Source: Thainema sp.
GTDB lineage: Bacteria > Cyanobacteriota > Cyanobacteriia > Phormidesmidales > Phormidesmidaceae
Assembly: GCA_052168235.1 (NCBI GenBank)
Contig: JBQLZK010000026.1
Span: 1 to 64,000, forward strand
Reading direction: 5' to 3'
DNA length: 64,000 nt
Position numbers and translations under genes: made by a program. Shown piece by piece: positions 1 to 10,703 of the stretch. The notes under the pieces were generated by a model that did not search any database, was not told the origin of the DNA, and saw only the letters and a program-made list of their open reading frames with translations. Numbering within the stretch: the stretch's first letter is position 1; each line of letters begins with the position of its first letter.

Positions 1-109
1 GCATTATCGAACGGTTCCCATACCTGCCTGATCATTCATCAATTCAGCAACGCCTTAGTACATTCAGATCTACACGAGTCTTAGTTTTCTGGCGCTCCAC
101 ATAATAAGC

Positions 110-133
110 AAAAAAGGGGAGCCGTAGCTCCCC
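110..133 (-). terminator. Intrinsic terminator of chlH
   Basis: GGGGAGC-CGTA-GCTCCCC stem preceded by an A6 run on + (U-tract on -), 30 nt past the chlH stop. Confidence 0.75.
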
Positions 134-163
134 ATAGAGGTAACAATTGAGATGACCTAGACC

Positions 164-3100
164 TTATTCGATACCTTCAATACGGTCTTCTACTTCTTGA
201 TACAGCTCACGTAGCCGATCCAAGTTTTCCTCGCTGGTTTCCCAGTAGCCGCGACCGTTCACTTCCAGCAGCGTGCCCACCATCCGGCGGAACGAGTTCG
301 GGTTCAGATTCATCAGGCGCTTACACATCTCCGCATCCTCGATGAAGGTGGTGTTCACGTCCTCATACACCCAATTATCCACCGCACCAGCCGTCGCCGA
401 CCAGCCCATCGTGTTTACCAGGCGCTTCGACAGTTCCCGCACACCCTCATAACCGTGAGAGAGCATCCCCTCATACCACTTGGGATTCAGCAGCTTCGTC
501 CGTGCATCCAGGCGCACCGTTTCCGATAGCGTCCGCACCTGAGCATTCGCCGTTGTCGTATCCGCAATGTAGGAGGCCGGAGTTTTGCCGTCATCCCGTA
601 GCTGAGACACCAGCTTTGTCGGGTCAGAGTCGAAATAGTGCGACACGTCCGTTAGCGAGATTTCCGAAGAATCCAGGTTTTGGAACGTGGCATCCGCCGT
701 CTTCAGCGATGCTTCAAACAAGCCGCGTGACTCATCCATCACGCCCGGATTATCCGAATTGAAGGCAAACGACTTGCGCTTCAGATACATCTCTTGCAGT
801 TCCGCCTCCTCTTCCCACGAGCTGTTTTCCACCGCCAGATTGACGTTAGAGGAATAGGAACCGGATGCGTTAGAGAACACGCGGGTTGCCGCTTGGCGCA
901 GATTGATGCCCAGCTCATCCGCCTGCTTCATGGCGTGCTTACGGACAAAGTTCATCTCCAGCGGCTCATCGGCTTCGGCAGCCATTTTCACACCTCGGTC
1001 AATCAGCGCCATCTGATTAATGAACAGATCACGGAACACACCCGAGCAGTTCACGACCACGTCGATTCGGGGACGGCCCAGTTCTTCCAGCGGAATCAGC
1101 TCCAGCTTGTTTACCCGCCCCAGGGAATCGGGCACCGGACGCACGCCGATGAACCAGAGAATTTGAGCTAGGGATTCACCGTAGGTCTTGATGTTGTCAG
1201 TTCCCCAGAGGACGCAGGCAATCGTTTCCGGCCAGTTGCCGCCGTTGTCCAGCTTTTGCCGCTCCAGTAGACGATCGACCACAACCTTAGCCGACTGCAC
1301 CGCTGCGATCGTTGGAATCGACTGCGGATCTAGCGCGTGGATATTCTTACCCGTGGGCAGCACATCCGGGTTGCGGATCGGGTCACCACCGGGGCCAGGT
1401 AGGACGTACTCGCCTTCCAACGCCTTCAGCAGCGCACCCAGTTCGTTATCGGCCACCACCTGCTCCAGGCAGAACTCTAGATACTCGAACAGAGGCTTTA
1501 ATGCTTCCACGCTTACCTTGGTGTAGCCCAGATTGTGCAGCGCTTCCACCCAAGGCTCTTTGCGACCCATGTTGAAGAAATTGAGCTTGGCGACGCGAGA
1601 CACGCGACCATCTGCATCGGCCTGCTCTTTTACCAGTGCCGAGACGGCAGCCCGTGATGCCTGGGTAATGTCATTCAGCAACTGGACATCTTCGAGCACG
1701 CCGCGATCGCTGTTTTTGTAAACCTGATCAATGTCGCGACCTAAACTCTCAGCAATAATCCGCTGGAGGCTCTTAATGCCGCCATCTTCGGGCCGATCTA
1801 GCCCCGCAATGTTGACCAGAGTTGCGATCGCTTCTTCGGCAGTAGGAGGCTTACCGATCACGTGCAGACCGCAGGGCAACAGACGCGACTCGATTTCCAT
1901 CAGCTTGATGTAAACCTTACCGACAATATTGTCGCGCTGCTCGACGATTAGCTCACTGGCATCGACTTCTGGGAACTCGATATCCCTATCCAGATTGCAG
2001 ATTTGCGCCTGAGTCACGATCGCGTTGACGATTTGCACCGCCCGCCCGCTTTCTTTCTGGCCCTGGTAGGAGCCGATTAGCTCGCTCAGTTCCTTCAAAC
2101 CCTTGTACAGACCCGCATTTTCCGCTGGCGGAGTCAGATAGCTAATTGTGGCTGCATAGCTACGCCGCTTAGCAATTGTCGCCTCGGAGGGGTTGTTAGC
2201 GGCGTAGTAGTAGAGGTTGGGAATGTGGCCGATCAGGTTGTCGGGATAGCAGTCGCCGGACATGCCCATCTGCTTACCCGGCATGAACTCCAGCGAGCCG
2301 TGCGTACCAAAGTGCAGTACCGCATCCGCCTTCCAGAGATGCTCTAGATAGGTGTAGTAAGCCGCGAAACCGTGGTGGGGGCTGGCCGAGCGGGAGAACA
2401 GCAGCCGCATCGGATCGCCTTCGTAACCAAACGTGGGCTGCACACCGATGAAGATGTTACCGAAGGACTTACCGTAGATCAGCATGTTCTGACCGTCGGT
2501 ATTCAGGTGTCCGGGCGGTGGCCCCCAGTTCTCTTCTAGCCGCTGGGAGTAAGGCGTAAGCTGCTCGTACTCCTGCACGGGCATCCGGTAGGCAATATTC
2601 AGTTCCGGACTCGCGTACTGAGCCTGTGCGTCGTGGATCACCTCTTGCATCAGCTGCTCAGGCGATTCTGGCAGATCCTGCACATCGTAGCCGTTGTTCT
2701 TCATCGCTTCCATCACTTTGTAGATGGAGCCAAATACGTCTAGATATGCGGCTGTACCCACATTGCCCTTGTCCGGCGGGAAGCTGAAAACGGTGATGGC
2801 TAACCGCTTGTCCACCTTGGGCTTGCGGCGCAGGCTGGCCCACTTCATTGCCCGCTGAGCGACAGCTTCGATGCGATCTTGAAGTGCGATCGCACGTCCG
2901 GTCGCACCGTCACGACCGGAAAGGATAATCGGCTCAATCGCGCCATCCAGCTCAGGAATCGCAATCTGTAGCGCCACCTGAATCGGGTGCAGACCCAAAT
3001 CGCTCGCTTCCCACTCTTCAGTGGTTTGGAACACGAGGGGCAAAGCCACCATGTAGGGACGATTCAGCCGCTTCAAAGACTCAATTGCCTTGGGATGATC

Positions 3101-4147
3101 CTGACGAGCGGGGCCACCGACCAGCGCAAATCCGGTCAGAGAAACCACTGCATCCACGACCGTTTTATTAGGATCAATTGGGTCGTAAAAATAGGCATCA
3201 ACGGGTTTGGAGAAGTCTAGACCCCCCGCAAATACCGGAATCACCCGTGCGCCTAGACACTCTAGTTCCTGCACCATCGCCACATAGTGGGCATCGTCGC
3301 CTGTGACCAAGTGCGTCCGCTGTAGCACCAGTCCAACACAGGGAGCCAGCGGATCTTTCATATCGGCTGAAAGATCGGGGCGGGAGTCGTACCAGTTGAA
3401 GTATTCCTTCAGATCCTCGTACATGGTGGGCGCGAGGGGATGCCAGATGCCCATGTCGGGATAAGTGACAGGCTCAGCATACTTCACACCGTCTGCCCGC
3501 TCACCTTTGACCACATACCTATCAGCCAGCATCAGCAGGAAGTTCTCCAGGTTTTCCTGCGAACCACCCAGCCAGTACTGGAAGCTGAGCATAAAGTTGC
3601 GGGCATCCTGCGCCTTGTCCATCGGCAGGTACTTCAGCACCTTGGGCAGCGTCCGCAGCAGCTTCAGCATCGCGTCTTGGAAACCCGCACCGGAGTTTTC
3701 CTTCCGCTTCTTCATGAATGATGCGATCGCACTTTTAGACTGGCCCAACTGCGACATCGAGAACGTACCCATCTTATTCAGGCGCATCACCTGGGGCATG
3801 GAGGGGAAGACAACCGCCACATCTAGATTGTCGCGATAGGGCGTAACGGCTTCTACCAGCTTGTCGGCCAAGTCTTCTAGGAAGATCAGCGACGCAATGA
3901 ACACATTTGCCTCAGAGATATCTTTCTGGAACGCCTGATAGTTCTCTGGGTCACGAAGCTCTTCAATTAAGTAGCCACTCACTTCGAAAGCTAAGTGAGG
4001 GTTATTGCGGTTGATCTCACGAACAGCGGCTGAGAGCGAGCTTTGGTACTGCGGCTCCAACACCACATAGACCACCTTGATGAGTCTGCGCGTACCGAGA
4101 TCATCCGGCTTAATATGCCGTACGGTGGGCTTGACGTGGGTGAACAT
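164..4147 (-). CDS. chlH: Magnesium chelatase subunit H
   Basis: 1327 aa; CobN/ChlH motifs [38 protein letters not shown]-terminus EDRIEGIE. Confidence 0.98.
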   Translation of the reverse strand: MFTHVKPTVRHIKPDDLGTRRLIKVVYVVLEPQYQSSLSAAVREINRNNPHLAFEVSGYLIEELRDPENYQAFQKDISEANVFIASLIFLEDLADKLVEAVTPYRDNLDVAVVFPSMPQVMRLNKMGTFSMSQLGQSKSAIASFMKKRKENSGAGFQDAMLKLLRTLPKVLKYLPMDKAQDARNFMLSFQYWLGGSQENLENFLLMLADRYVVKGERADGVKYAEPVTYPDMGIWHPLAPTMYEDLKEYFNWYDSRPDLSADMKDPLAPCVGLVLQRTHLVTGDDAHYVAMVQELECLGARVIPVFAGGLDFSKPVDAYFYDPIDPNKTVVDAVVSLTGFALVGGPARQDHPKAIESLKRLNRPYMVALPLVFQTTEEWEASDLGLHPIQVALQIAIPELDGAIEPIILSGRDGATGRAIALQDRIEAVAQRAMKWASLRRKPKVDKRLAITVFSFPPDKGNVGTAAYLDVFGSIYKVMEAMKNNGYDVQDLPESPEQLMQEVIHDAQAQYASPELNIAYRMPVQEYEQLTPYSQRLEENWGPPPGHLNTDGQNMLIYGKSFGNIFIGVQPTFGYEGDPMRLLFSRSASPHHGFAAYYTYLEHLWKADAVLHFGTHGSLEFMPGKQMGMSGDCYPDNLIGHIPNLYYYAANNPSEATIAKRRSYAATISYLTPPAENAGLYKGLKELSELIGSYQGQKESGRAVQIVNAIVTQAQICNLDRDIEFPEVDASELIVEQRDNIVGKVYIKLMEIESRLLPCGLHVIGKPPTAEEAIATLVNIAGLDRPEDGGIKSLQRIIAESLGRDIDQVYKNSDRGVLEDVQLLNDITQASRAAVSALVKEQADADGRVSRVAKLNFFNMGRKEPWVEALHNLGYTKVSVEALKPLFEYLEFCLEQVVADNELGALLKALEGEYVLPGPGGDPIRNPDVLPTGKNIHALDPQSIPTIAAVQSAKVVVDRLLERQKLDNGGNWPETIACVLWGTDNIKTYGESLAQILWFIGVRPVPDSLGRVNKLELIPLEELGRPRIDVVVNCSGVFRDLFINQMALIDRGVKMAAEADEPLEMNFVRKHAMKQADELGINLRQAATRVFSNASGSYSSNVNLAVENSSWEEEAELQEMYLKRKSFAFNSDNPGVMDESRGLFEASLKTADATFQNLDSSEISLTDVSHYFDSDPTKLVSQLRDDGKTPASYIADTTTANAQVRTLSETVRLDARTKLLNPKWYEGMLSHGYEGVRELSKRLVNTMGWSATAGAVDNWVYEDVNTTFIEDAEMCKRLMNLNPNSFRRMVGTLLEVNGRGYWETSEENLDRLRELYQEVEDRIEGIE

Positions 4148-4671
4148 GCGGTTAAACTCCTTTGATGCGTGATGCCTGCGTTTTGATTAGAAATCGTATG
4201 ATTGGATTTTGATATTAAGTAAACCCTGCATTCTGAGCCGCTAAGTCTGTAAATTGCCCAGCAGCAAATCAGCCCGCAATCTTAGATCCTATCCCTTAGT
4301 TGAGAACCTTTGAGCAGGTTCTCGCTGACTGTTGCAGAACTGAAACAATCACTGAGGCTCTACCGACTAGGCGACCAGTTTCAACGCTCAAAATACGCAG
4401 ATTTACGAGCGACTGAGTAAAAAGCACGGAGGCAAAGATGAGATTCTTTACCCGCTGTGAGCAAGGACTGAAACATCGCCATAGGAGTGTTTCTATCAAA
4501 AAATGCTCACCAGATAAGGGATTGCGGCCTTATCTGACACAATTTGATAACTATATTGAGATGTTTGTTTACAACCGTTGACAAAAATAAAAGTATTTAC
4601 TCAGAAAATCTTAATTAAAGTTTACGTTTAGAGGATGAGGCGTGAGGAGAAGGAGTGAGGCGAAAGAAGTT

Positions 4672-4702
4672 GTAGGGTGTGTAGAGCAAAGCGAAACGCA
4701 CC
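4672..4702 (+). repeat. GTAG-type REP-like short hairpin repeat
   Basis: GTAG followed by a GGTGTGT...ACGCACC stem, the architecture of GTAG-family REP elements; surrounded by GTGAGGC and CACCCATC tandem repeats. Confidence 0.5.
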
Positions 4703-4815
4703 GATGAGGACTGTAAAGGGAGTCGATAGGCGTAACGAGATCACTCAATTACCCGTCCACCCGATCACCCATCCACCCCTAACTCATCTCGTCCCACTTC
4801 TAAGGACAGCTAAAT

Positions 4816-6156
4816 ATGGACATGCCTGTTGATATCTTGATTCTCTCGAATGGCCCCGGTGAGGTGACGACTTGGGTGAAACCTGTGGTGCGATCGCTAC
4901 GCCAAAAACTGGGCAATGACCATCAGCAAACCCGCATTTCCGTTGTGCTCTCGCCCTGCCCCAACGCCACCGGACAGGAAGGTGACATTGCTCGTAACTA
5001 TGCCGAAGTGGATCGGGTGCAGGATGCCAAGGATTTCTTTCCGTTTTTGCTGTTTGGACAGACGCAGGACGATTGGGACTGGCGAGATCGCGGAGTTGTC
5101 ATTTTCCTGGGTGGCGATCAGCTTTTCCCGGTGATTATCGGCAAGCGTTTAGGCTATTCCACACTCATCTACGGCGAATGGGATACCCGCTGGCACCGCT
5201 GGGTCGATCAGTTCGCAGTGATGAAACCAGAGCTAATCGATCAGGCTAAGCCGCAATACCGCCACAAATTCACCGTCATCGGCGATCTAATGGCTGACGT
5301 CACCGATACCCCCAATAATCCATCCACCCATTCACCCATCCACCCATCCACCCCATTGCCTCTCTCCCTCACCGACCAAACCGAACTCATCGGTCTCCTT
5401 CCCGGTTCCAAAGCTGCCAAGCTGGCAATGGGTGTGCCATTTGTATGTGCGATCGCAGATCAAATTCATGCCGCCCGACCCCAAACCCGATTTGTCATTC
5501 CCGTCGCACCTACCCTGAAGCTTGAGGAACTGGCTAAGTTCGCTGATGCTAGCCAAAATCCAATGGTGCAGCGCGTATCTGGTTCAGCAGCCCAACTGAT
5601 TATTCCGAATGAACCCGACACATTACCTTACTTGAAGACGGAATCTGGCCTCAAGATCCATTTATGGACAGACTTTCCAGCCCACGCAGTTTTGTCTCAC
5701 TGTAAGTTTTGCATTACAACCGTCGGCGCAAATACCGCAGAGTTGGGCGCTCTCGCTGTGCCAATGATTGTGATTATCCCCACTCAGCAACTTGACGCCA
5801 TGCGAGCATGGGACGGTATTCCTGGCATTTTGGCAAATCTACCGGGTGTCGGTACGCTGTTCGCCAAGTTAATTAATACGGTATTCCTGCGGAATTTGGG
5901 CAATCGCCTGTTGGCTTGGCCTAATATCTGGGCTGGACGCGAAATCGTGCCTGAACTAATTGGTCAACTACAACCTGCTGATATTGCCAAGATCGGCATC
6001 AACTGGCTCGAGCATCCAGAAACTCTTGCGCAAATTCGCAATGGCTTACGCCAGGTACGCGGTGAATCCGGTGCGGCCCATCGGTTAGCGGAGCTGGTTG
6101 TAAATGAAATGGTTTCGCCTGTTTATGCTGGCTTGAAGAAAAAGCCTAGAGTATAA
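4816..6156 (+). CDS. Lipid-A-disaccharide synthase-related (LpxB-like) GT-B glycosyltransferase
   Basis: DILILSNGPGE N-terminus, LLPGSK and TTVGANTAELG motifs typical of the cyanobacterial LpxB-like family. Confidence 0.8.
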   Translation: MDMPVDILILSNGPGEVTTWVKPVVRSLRQKLGNDHQQTRISVVLSPCPNATGQEGDIARNYAEVDRVQDAKDFFPFLLFGQTQDDWDWRDRGVVIFLGGDQLFPVIIGKRLGYSTLIYGEWDTRWHRWVDQFAVMKPELIDQAKPQYRHKFTVIGDLMADVTDTPNNPSTHSPIHPSTPLPLSLTDQTELIGLLPGSKAAKLAMGVPFVCAIADQIHAARPQTRFVIPVAPTLKLEELAKFADASQNPMVQRVSGSAAQLIIPNEPDTLPYLKTESGLKIHLWTDFPAHAVLSHCKFCITTVGANTAELGALAVPMIVIIPTQQLDAMRAWDGIPGILANLPGVGTLFAKLINTVFLRNLGNRLLAWPNIWAGREIVPELIGQLQPADIAKIGINWLEHPETLAQIRNGLRQVRGESGAAHRLAELVVNEMVSPVYAGLKKKPRV

Positions 6157-6272
6157 ACACCATTAAACCCTTGTGACGTTTGAACGTTTGGGCAGTAGAG
6201 ATATCGGGCATCCTGTTTAAGAGGGTGATACTACGTAAAGTATTGGAAAGCTGTTCACGAGCCTGAGTTGCC

Positions 6273-9200
6273 ATGACTATGCCTGGAAGTCCGTCATCAG
6301 ATTGTTCATCAACGGTGCAGAGTGAGGATGGAAATCTAGAGTGCGATCGCACATCCTCGTCTACCCCCTCAAACAACCACGCAGCAATTCTACAGGGCAT
6401 TTCTAAAATCACTCATCAACTGCTGACGGTGCGCGATGTTGACCAGGCCATGCAATGCGCGATCGCAACTCTAGGGCAAGCTTTTGATCTGGCGCAGGTT
6501 ATCGTTTATCGGTTTAGCTCTGCAGTACAGACTCATGCAACCGTTGAGACCGCTGAATCTGAGCTAGATCTGGAGTGTTGTTGGCAGTGGCAAGCTGAGC
6601 ACGGAGCGACGGACAGGAGCGAACAACCCGATGCCAGGTCTACTCTGCCACCTGTGTCTGGCTGGTATCCACAGCTCGCTCAGACCGAAATCGTCTGCTA
6701 TGTCTGGGATGTGCCTGAGAACGCAATTCAGTCTAATAAGCAGGCCGGACAAGTTCAGAGTCAGCTGATTGGTCTGATTCCAATTCAACGAAATCAGGAA
6801 CTATGGGGTTTCCTACAGCTCATTGACGGGGCGGCTGAGCGGCAATGGTCAGAGGCTGAATTAACTGGACTGCACATCATCGCTGATAGTGTAGCTGCAG
6901 CTATTGAGCGCCATCAGATTGAGCGAGAGCGGCGGGAATCGCAGCAGTTTTTGCAGTTCGTCATCGACAACATTCCCCAGTTTATTTTTTGGAAAGATCA
7001 GCATTCGGTCTACCAGGGCTGTAATCGTCGCTGGGCCGAGATGACGGGGTTAGGCGCTCCTGAACAGGTTAAGGGCTGCACCGATGCCGAGATGCCGTGG
7101 ACACCCGATCAGCGGGATTGGTATCTCAAGTGCGATCGCACAGTGTTGGAAACGGGCCAGCCTCTCCGCGATCTCCGCCAGCCTCGACGCCAAGCGAATG
7201 GTGAAGTTCGCTGGCTCAAAACCAATAAAGTGCCACTCCGCGACGATGAAGGTAATATTACGGGCCTGCTGGGGCTGATTCAGGACATTACCGCCCAGGA
7301 GAATGCGGCAGCAACCATCCAGCGCAACAGTGAACAGTTCCGCACCCTGGTCGATAACATTCCGGGGGCTGTCTATCGCTGTTTATGCGATCGCAACTGG
7401 ACGATGGAGTTCATGAGCAGTGCCACCTTTGATATTTCCGGCTATCCAGCCTCTGATTTTATTGATAATCAACTTCGCACCTGGGCCAGCGTCATCCATG
7501 CCGATGATCGGGTAGTGGTTGAGCAGAAGGTGGAACAAGCGCTGCGATCGCGCCAGCCTTTTGTCTTGGAATATCGGGTGCTGCATCGGGATGGCAGTAT
7601 TCGTTGGGTCTATGAAAAAGGACAGGGGATTTTTGATCGGCAGGGCAATCCCCATTGTCTGGACGGCGTCATTTTTGATATTACGCAGCGCAAGCAAGCC
7701 GAGGAAGCCCTTCGACAGAGCGAAGCGACCAACCAGGCACTAATTGATGCCATTCCCGACTTACTGATGCGGATGCGGGGGGATGGCACCTATATCGGAG
7801 CCGTCAATGGCGGCAATATTACGCTCTATGACCAGGAAGAAACCTTCAACGGCACGAGTATTTATGATGCCTTTCCCTACGATCAAGCCCAGCGCCGCAT
7901 GATCTATGTGCATCAAGCGCTGCGAACCGGGGAACTACAGGTTTACGAGCAGCAAATTGAGGTTAAGGGTCAGCGACAGGATGAGGAAGTCCGGGTTGTA
8001 CCGAGTGGGGACAATGAAGTCCTGATTATGGTGCGGGACATTACCGAGCGCAAACGGGCTGAAGCCAAACTCCAGCAGCTCAATGACGAACTGGAAGATA
8101 TTGTCGAAGAGCGAACCGCCCAACTCAGTCGGACGATTCAAGACCTGCAAGCAGTCGAAACAGAACTGCGCCGCTCTCAGCAAAAGATGAATCTGCTGAT
8201 TGAGCATACGCCGCTGGCGATGATTGAATGGTCGCCAGATGTCAAGGTGCTGTCGTGGAATCCAGCGGCAGAGGAGATTTTTGGCTACACGGCTGATGAA
8301 ATCATGGGTCAGCATACTAGCGTGCTGTGTACCGACGATGTGAAACCCTACGTTGACCAAATTTGTAAGGATCTGATGACCCGCAAGGGCGGAACTCGCA
8401 GCACAAACCCCAACTTGACTAAAGATGGACGCATGATCATTTGCGAGTGGTATAACACGCCTCTGGTTGCGCCTGATGGCGAAATTATGGGTCTAGCGTC
8501 ACTGGTTCTAGATGTGACAGAAGAGGTTAACGCGAAAGCTGAACTCCAGCGATCGCAGGATATGCTGCGTCTGGTGATCGACACGATTCCTCAGCAGGTT
8601 TTCTGGAAAGACCGCAACTGCATCTACTTGGGCTGCAATCTCCGGCAGGCTCAGGTGGCAGGACTCGAATCTCCCGCCGAAATTATCGGCAAATCTGATT
8701 ACGAACTGCCGTGGAGTGGCGGCGAAACCGAGTTTTACATCGAGTGCGATCGCAGAATTATGGAGGCCGACCAAGCAGAATACGGCATCATCGAATCGCA
8801 ATCCCAGGCAGACGGTCAAGCCAAATGGCGCAGCACCACCAAAGTGCCTCTACATGATCCAGAGGGCAAAGTGGTGGGCATCCTGGGCATGGTGGAAGAT
8901 ATCTCTGACCGTAAAGAAGCTGAGGCGGCACTGGCGGAGAGTGAAGCTCAATATCGCAACCTGATCGAAACCGCCAATAGCATCATCATCCGCTGGGATA
9001 GAAAAGGCAAGATCAAGTTTATGAATGAATATGGTCATCGCTTCTTTGGCTATGAACCGGGTGAGCTAATTGATCAATATGGGCCGGGGACAATTGTGCC
9101 CAAAACTGAAACATCGGGTCGTGATCTAGAGCGGCTGATTGCGGATATCGTCAAGCATCCCGAACGCTATGCCTACAACGAAAATGAGAATATCCACAAA

Positions 9201-10619
9201 GACGGTTCGCGGGTGTGGGTGGCCTGGGCTAATCGCCCCATTCTGGATGAAAACGGTAATCTCGTAGAGCTGCTTTCGATTGGGAACGATGCCACTGAGC
9301 GCCGCCGCATGGAAGAAGCGCTGCGGGAAAGCGAACAGCGTTTTCGAGATGTCAGTGAAGCAGCAGGCGAATACCTTTGGGAGATGAGTCTGGACGGAAA
9401 CTATACCTTTTTGACCGATCGAGTACAGGATGTGAAAGGCCACAGCGCCGCCGAACTCCTCGGTCATTCGCCCTTTGATTTTATGCCGCTCGAGGATGTT
9501 GACCAAGTCCAGAAAATTTTGGCTAAAGCGTCTGCCCAAAAGCGCAATTTCACCTTGGAGCATCGAGATATTACGCCCTCCGGTGAAATGGTGTGGGAGC
9601 GGGTGACGGGATTACCGCTCTTGGATGAAGACGGCAACATCATTGGTTTTCGCGGTACAGGACTCAGCATCACAAAACAAAAAGAAGCCGAGATTAAACT
9701 GCGGGAATCAGAAGCCCAACTGCGGCAGCAGGCACAAGAGCTGGAAGAAACGCTGCAAGAAGTGCGGCAAATGCAAATGCAGCTAGTGCAAAGCGAAAAG
9801 ATGTCGAGCTTGGGTCAGCTGGTGGCCGGAGTTGCCCATGAAATCAACAACCCCGTCAGCTTTATCTACGGCAATTTGGGCTATGCCAGCGACTACATTA
9901 GCGACTTGATGCGAGTTCTTCAGCTCTATCAGCAGCACTATCCCCAACCGGCAGCAGAAATTGCCCAGGAAGCCGAAAATGTTGACCTCGATTTCTTGAT
10001 GGAAGATTTGCCGCGCCTGCTAGATTCGATGAAAGTGGGGTCGGAGCGAATTAAGCAAATTGTTTTATCACTCCGAACATTTTCCCGCATGGATGAGGCG
10101 GAAAAGAAAGAGGTCGATATCCATGATGGTCTCGACAGCACGCTGATGATTCTGCAAAATCGACTGAAGCCACGCCCGGATCGATCCGAGATTAAAATTG
10201 TGCGTCAGTACGGTGATATTCCCAAAGTGGACTGCTATGCTGGCCAGCTCAATCAGGTGTTTATGAATGTTCTGAGTAACGCGATTGACGCACTAGAAGA
10301 AGCTATCCAAAACGATAACCTGTCGGATCGGGCACCGATAATTCAGGTAACGACAACGTTAGTCAAAACGGCAATGCGCGATCGCAACTTGCAAATCCAA
10401 ATTACCGACAATGGCCCCGGCATCCCTGACCATATCAAACCGCGTCTATTCGATCCGTTCTACACCACAAAGCCCATTGGTAAAGGAACGGGGATGGGGT
10501 TATCGATCAGCTACCAAATCGTCACCGAGCGGCATAGCGGTACGCTCACCTGTGAGTCAACGCTGGGAGAGGGGACGACGTTTTTGATTACGATTCCGTT
10601 GGGGGAACGTGAGGCGTGA
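6273..10619 (+). CDS. Soluble GAF + multi-PAS/PAC sensor histidine kinase
   Basis: N-terminal GAF, about 7 PAS/PAC repeats, H-box AHEINNP, N-box NQVFMNVLSNAIDA, G-boxes DNGPGI and GTGMGL; no TM segments. Confidence 0.93.
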   Translation: MTMPGSPSSDCSSTVQSEDGNLECDRTSSSTPSNNHAAILQGISKITHQLLTVRDVDQAMQCAIATLGQAFDLAQVIVYRFSSAVQTHATVETAESELDLECCWQWQAEHGATDRSEQPDARSTLPPVSGWYPQLAQTEIVCYVWDVPENAIQSNKQAGQVQSQLIGLIPIQRNQELWGFLQLIDGAAERQWSEAELTGLHIIADSVAAAIERHQIERERRESQQFLQFVIDNIPQFIFWKDQHSVYQGCNRRWAEMTGLGAPEQVKGCTDAEMPWTPDQRDWYLKCDRTVLETGQPLRDLRQPRRQANGEVRWLKTNKVPLRDDEGNITGLLGLIQDITAQENAAATIQRNSEQFRTLVDNIPGAVYRCLCDRNWTMEFMSSATFDISGYPASDFIDNQLRTWASVIHADDRVVVEQKVEQALRSRQPFVLEYRVLHRDGSIRWVYEKGQGIFDRQGNPHCLDGVIFDITQRKQAEEALRQSEATNQALIDAIPDLLMRMRGDGTYIGAVNGGNITLYDQEETFNGTSIYDAFPYDQAQRRMIYVHQALRTGELQVYEQQIEVKGQRQDEEVRVVPSGDNEVLIMVRDITERKRAEAKLQQLNDELEDIVEERTAQLSRTIQDLQAVETELRRSQQKMNLLIEHTPLAMIEWSPDVKVLSWNPAAEEIFGYTADEIMGQHTSVLCTDDVKPYVDQICKDLMTRKGGTRSTNPNLTKDGRMIICEWYNTPLVAPDGEIMGLASLVLDVTEEVNAKAELQRSQDMLRLVIDTIPQQVFWKDRNCIYLGCNLRQAQVAGLESPAEIIGKSDYELPWSGGETEFYIECDRRIMEADQAEYGIIESQSQADGQAKWRSTTKVPLHDPEGKVVGILGMVEDISDRKEAEAALAESEAQYRNLIETANSIIIRWDRKGKIKFMNEYGHRFFGYEPGELIDQYGPGTIVPKTETSGRDLERLIADIVKHPERYAYNENENIHKDGSRVWVAWANRPILDENGNLVELLSIGNDATERRRMEEALRESEQRFRDVSEAAGEYLWEMSLDGNYTFLTDRVQDVKGHSAAELLGHSPFDFMPLEDVDQVQKILAKASAQKRNFTLEHRDITPSGEMVWERVTGLPLLDEDGNIIGFRGTGLSITKQKEAEIKLRESEAQLRQQAQELEETLQEVRQMQMQLVQSEKMSSLGQLVAGVAHEINNPVSFIYGNLGYASDYISDLMRVLQLYQQHYPQPAAEIAQEAENVDLDFLMEDLPRLLDSMKVGSERIKQIVLSLRTFSRMDEAEKKEVDIHDGLDSTLMILQNRLKPRPDRSEIKIVRQYGDIPKVDCYAGQLNQVFMNVLSNAIDALEEAIQNDNLSDRAPIIQVTTTLVKTAMRDRNLQIQITDNGPGIPDHIKPRLFDPFYTTKPIGKGTGMGLSISYQIVTERHSGTLTCESTLGEGTTFLITIPLGEREA

Positions 10620-10636
10620 GGCGTGAGGAATAAGGG

Positions 10637-10665
10637 GTGGATGGGTAGATGGGTGGATGGGTGGG
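10637..10665. repeat. STRR-like octamer tandem repeat (GGGTGGAT)n
   Basis: gggtggatgggtagatgggtggatgggtg; same unit in the opposite orientation near 4755-4780, 5318-5354 and 60645-60672. Confidence 0.7.
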
Positions 10666-10703
10666 AATGTGTAAATTTGGGTGAGGAACGGTAGGATTCG
10701 ATT

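Noticed and set aside
502..3839. Many 60-125 aa ORFs antisense or out of frame within chlH and other long genes
   Set aside because: Shadow ORFs caused by GC-rich codon bias; no motifs
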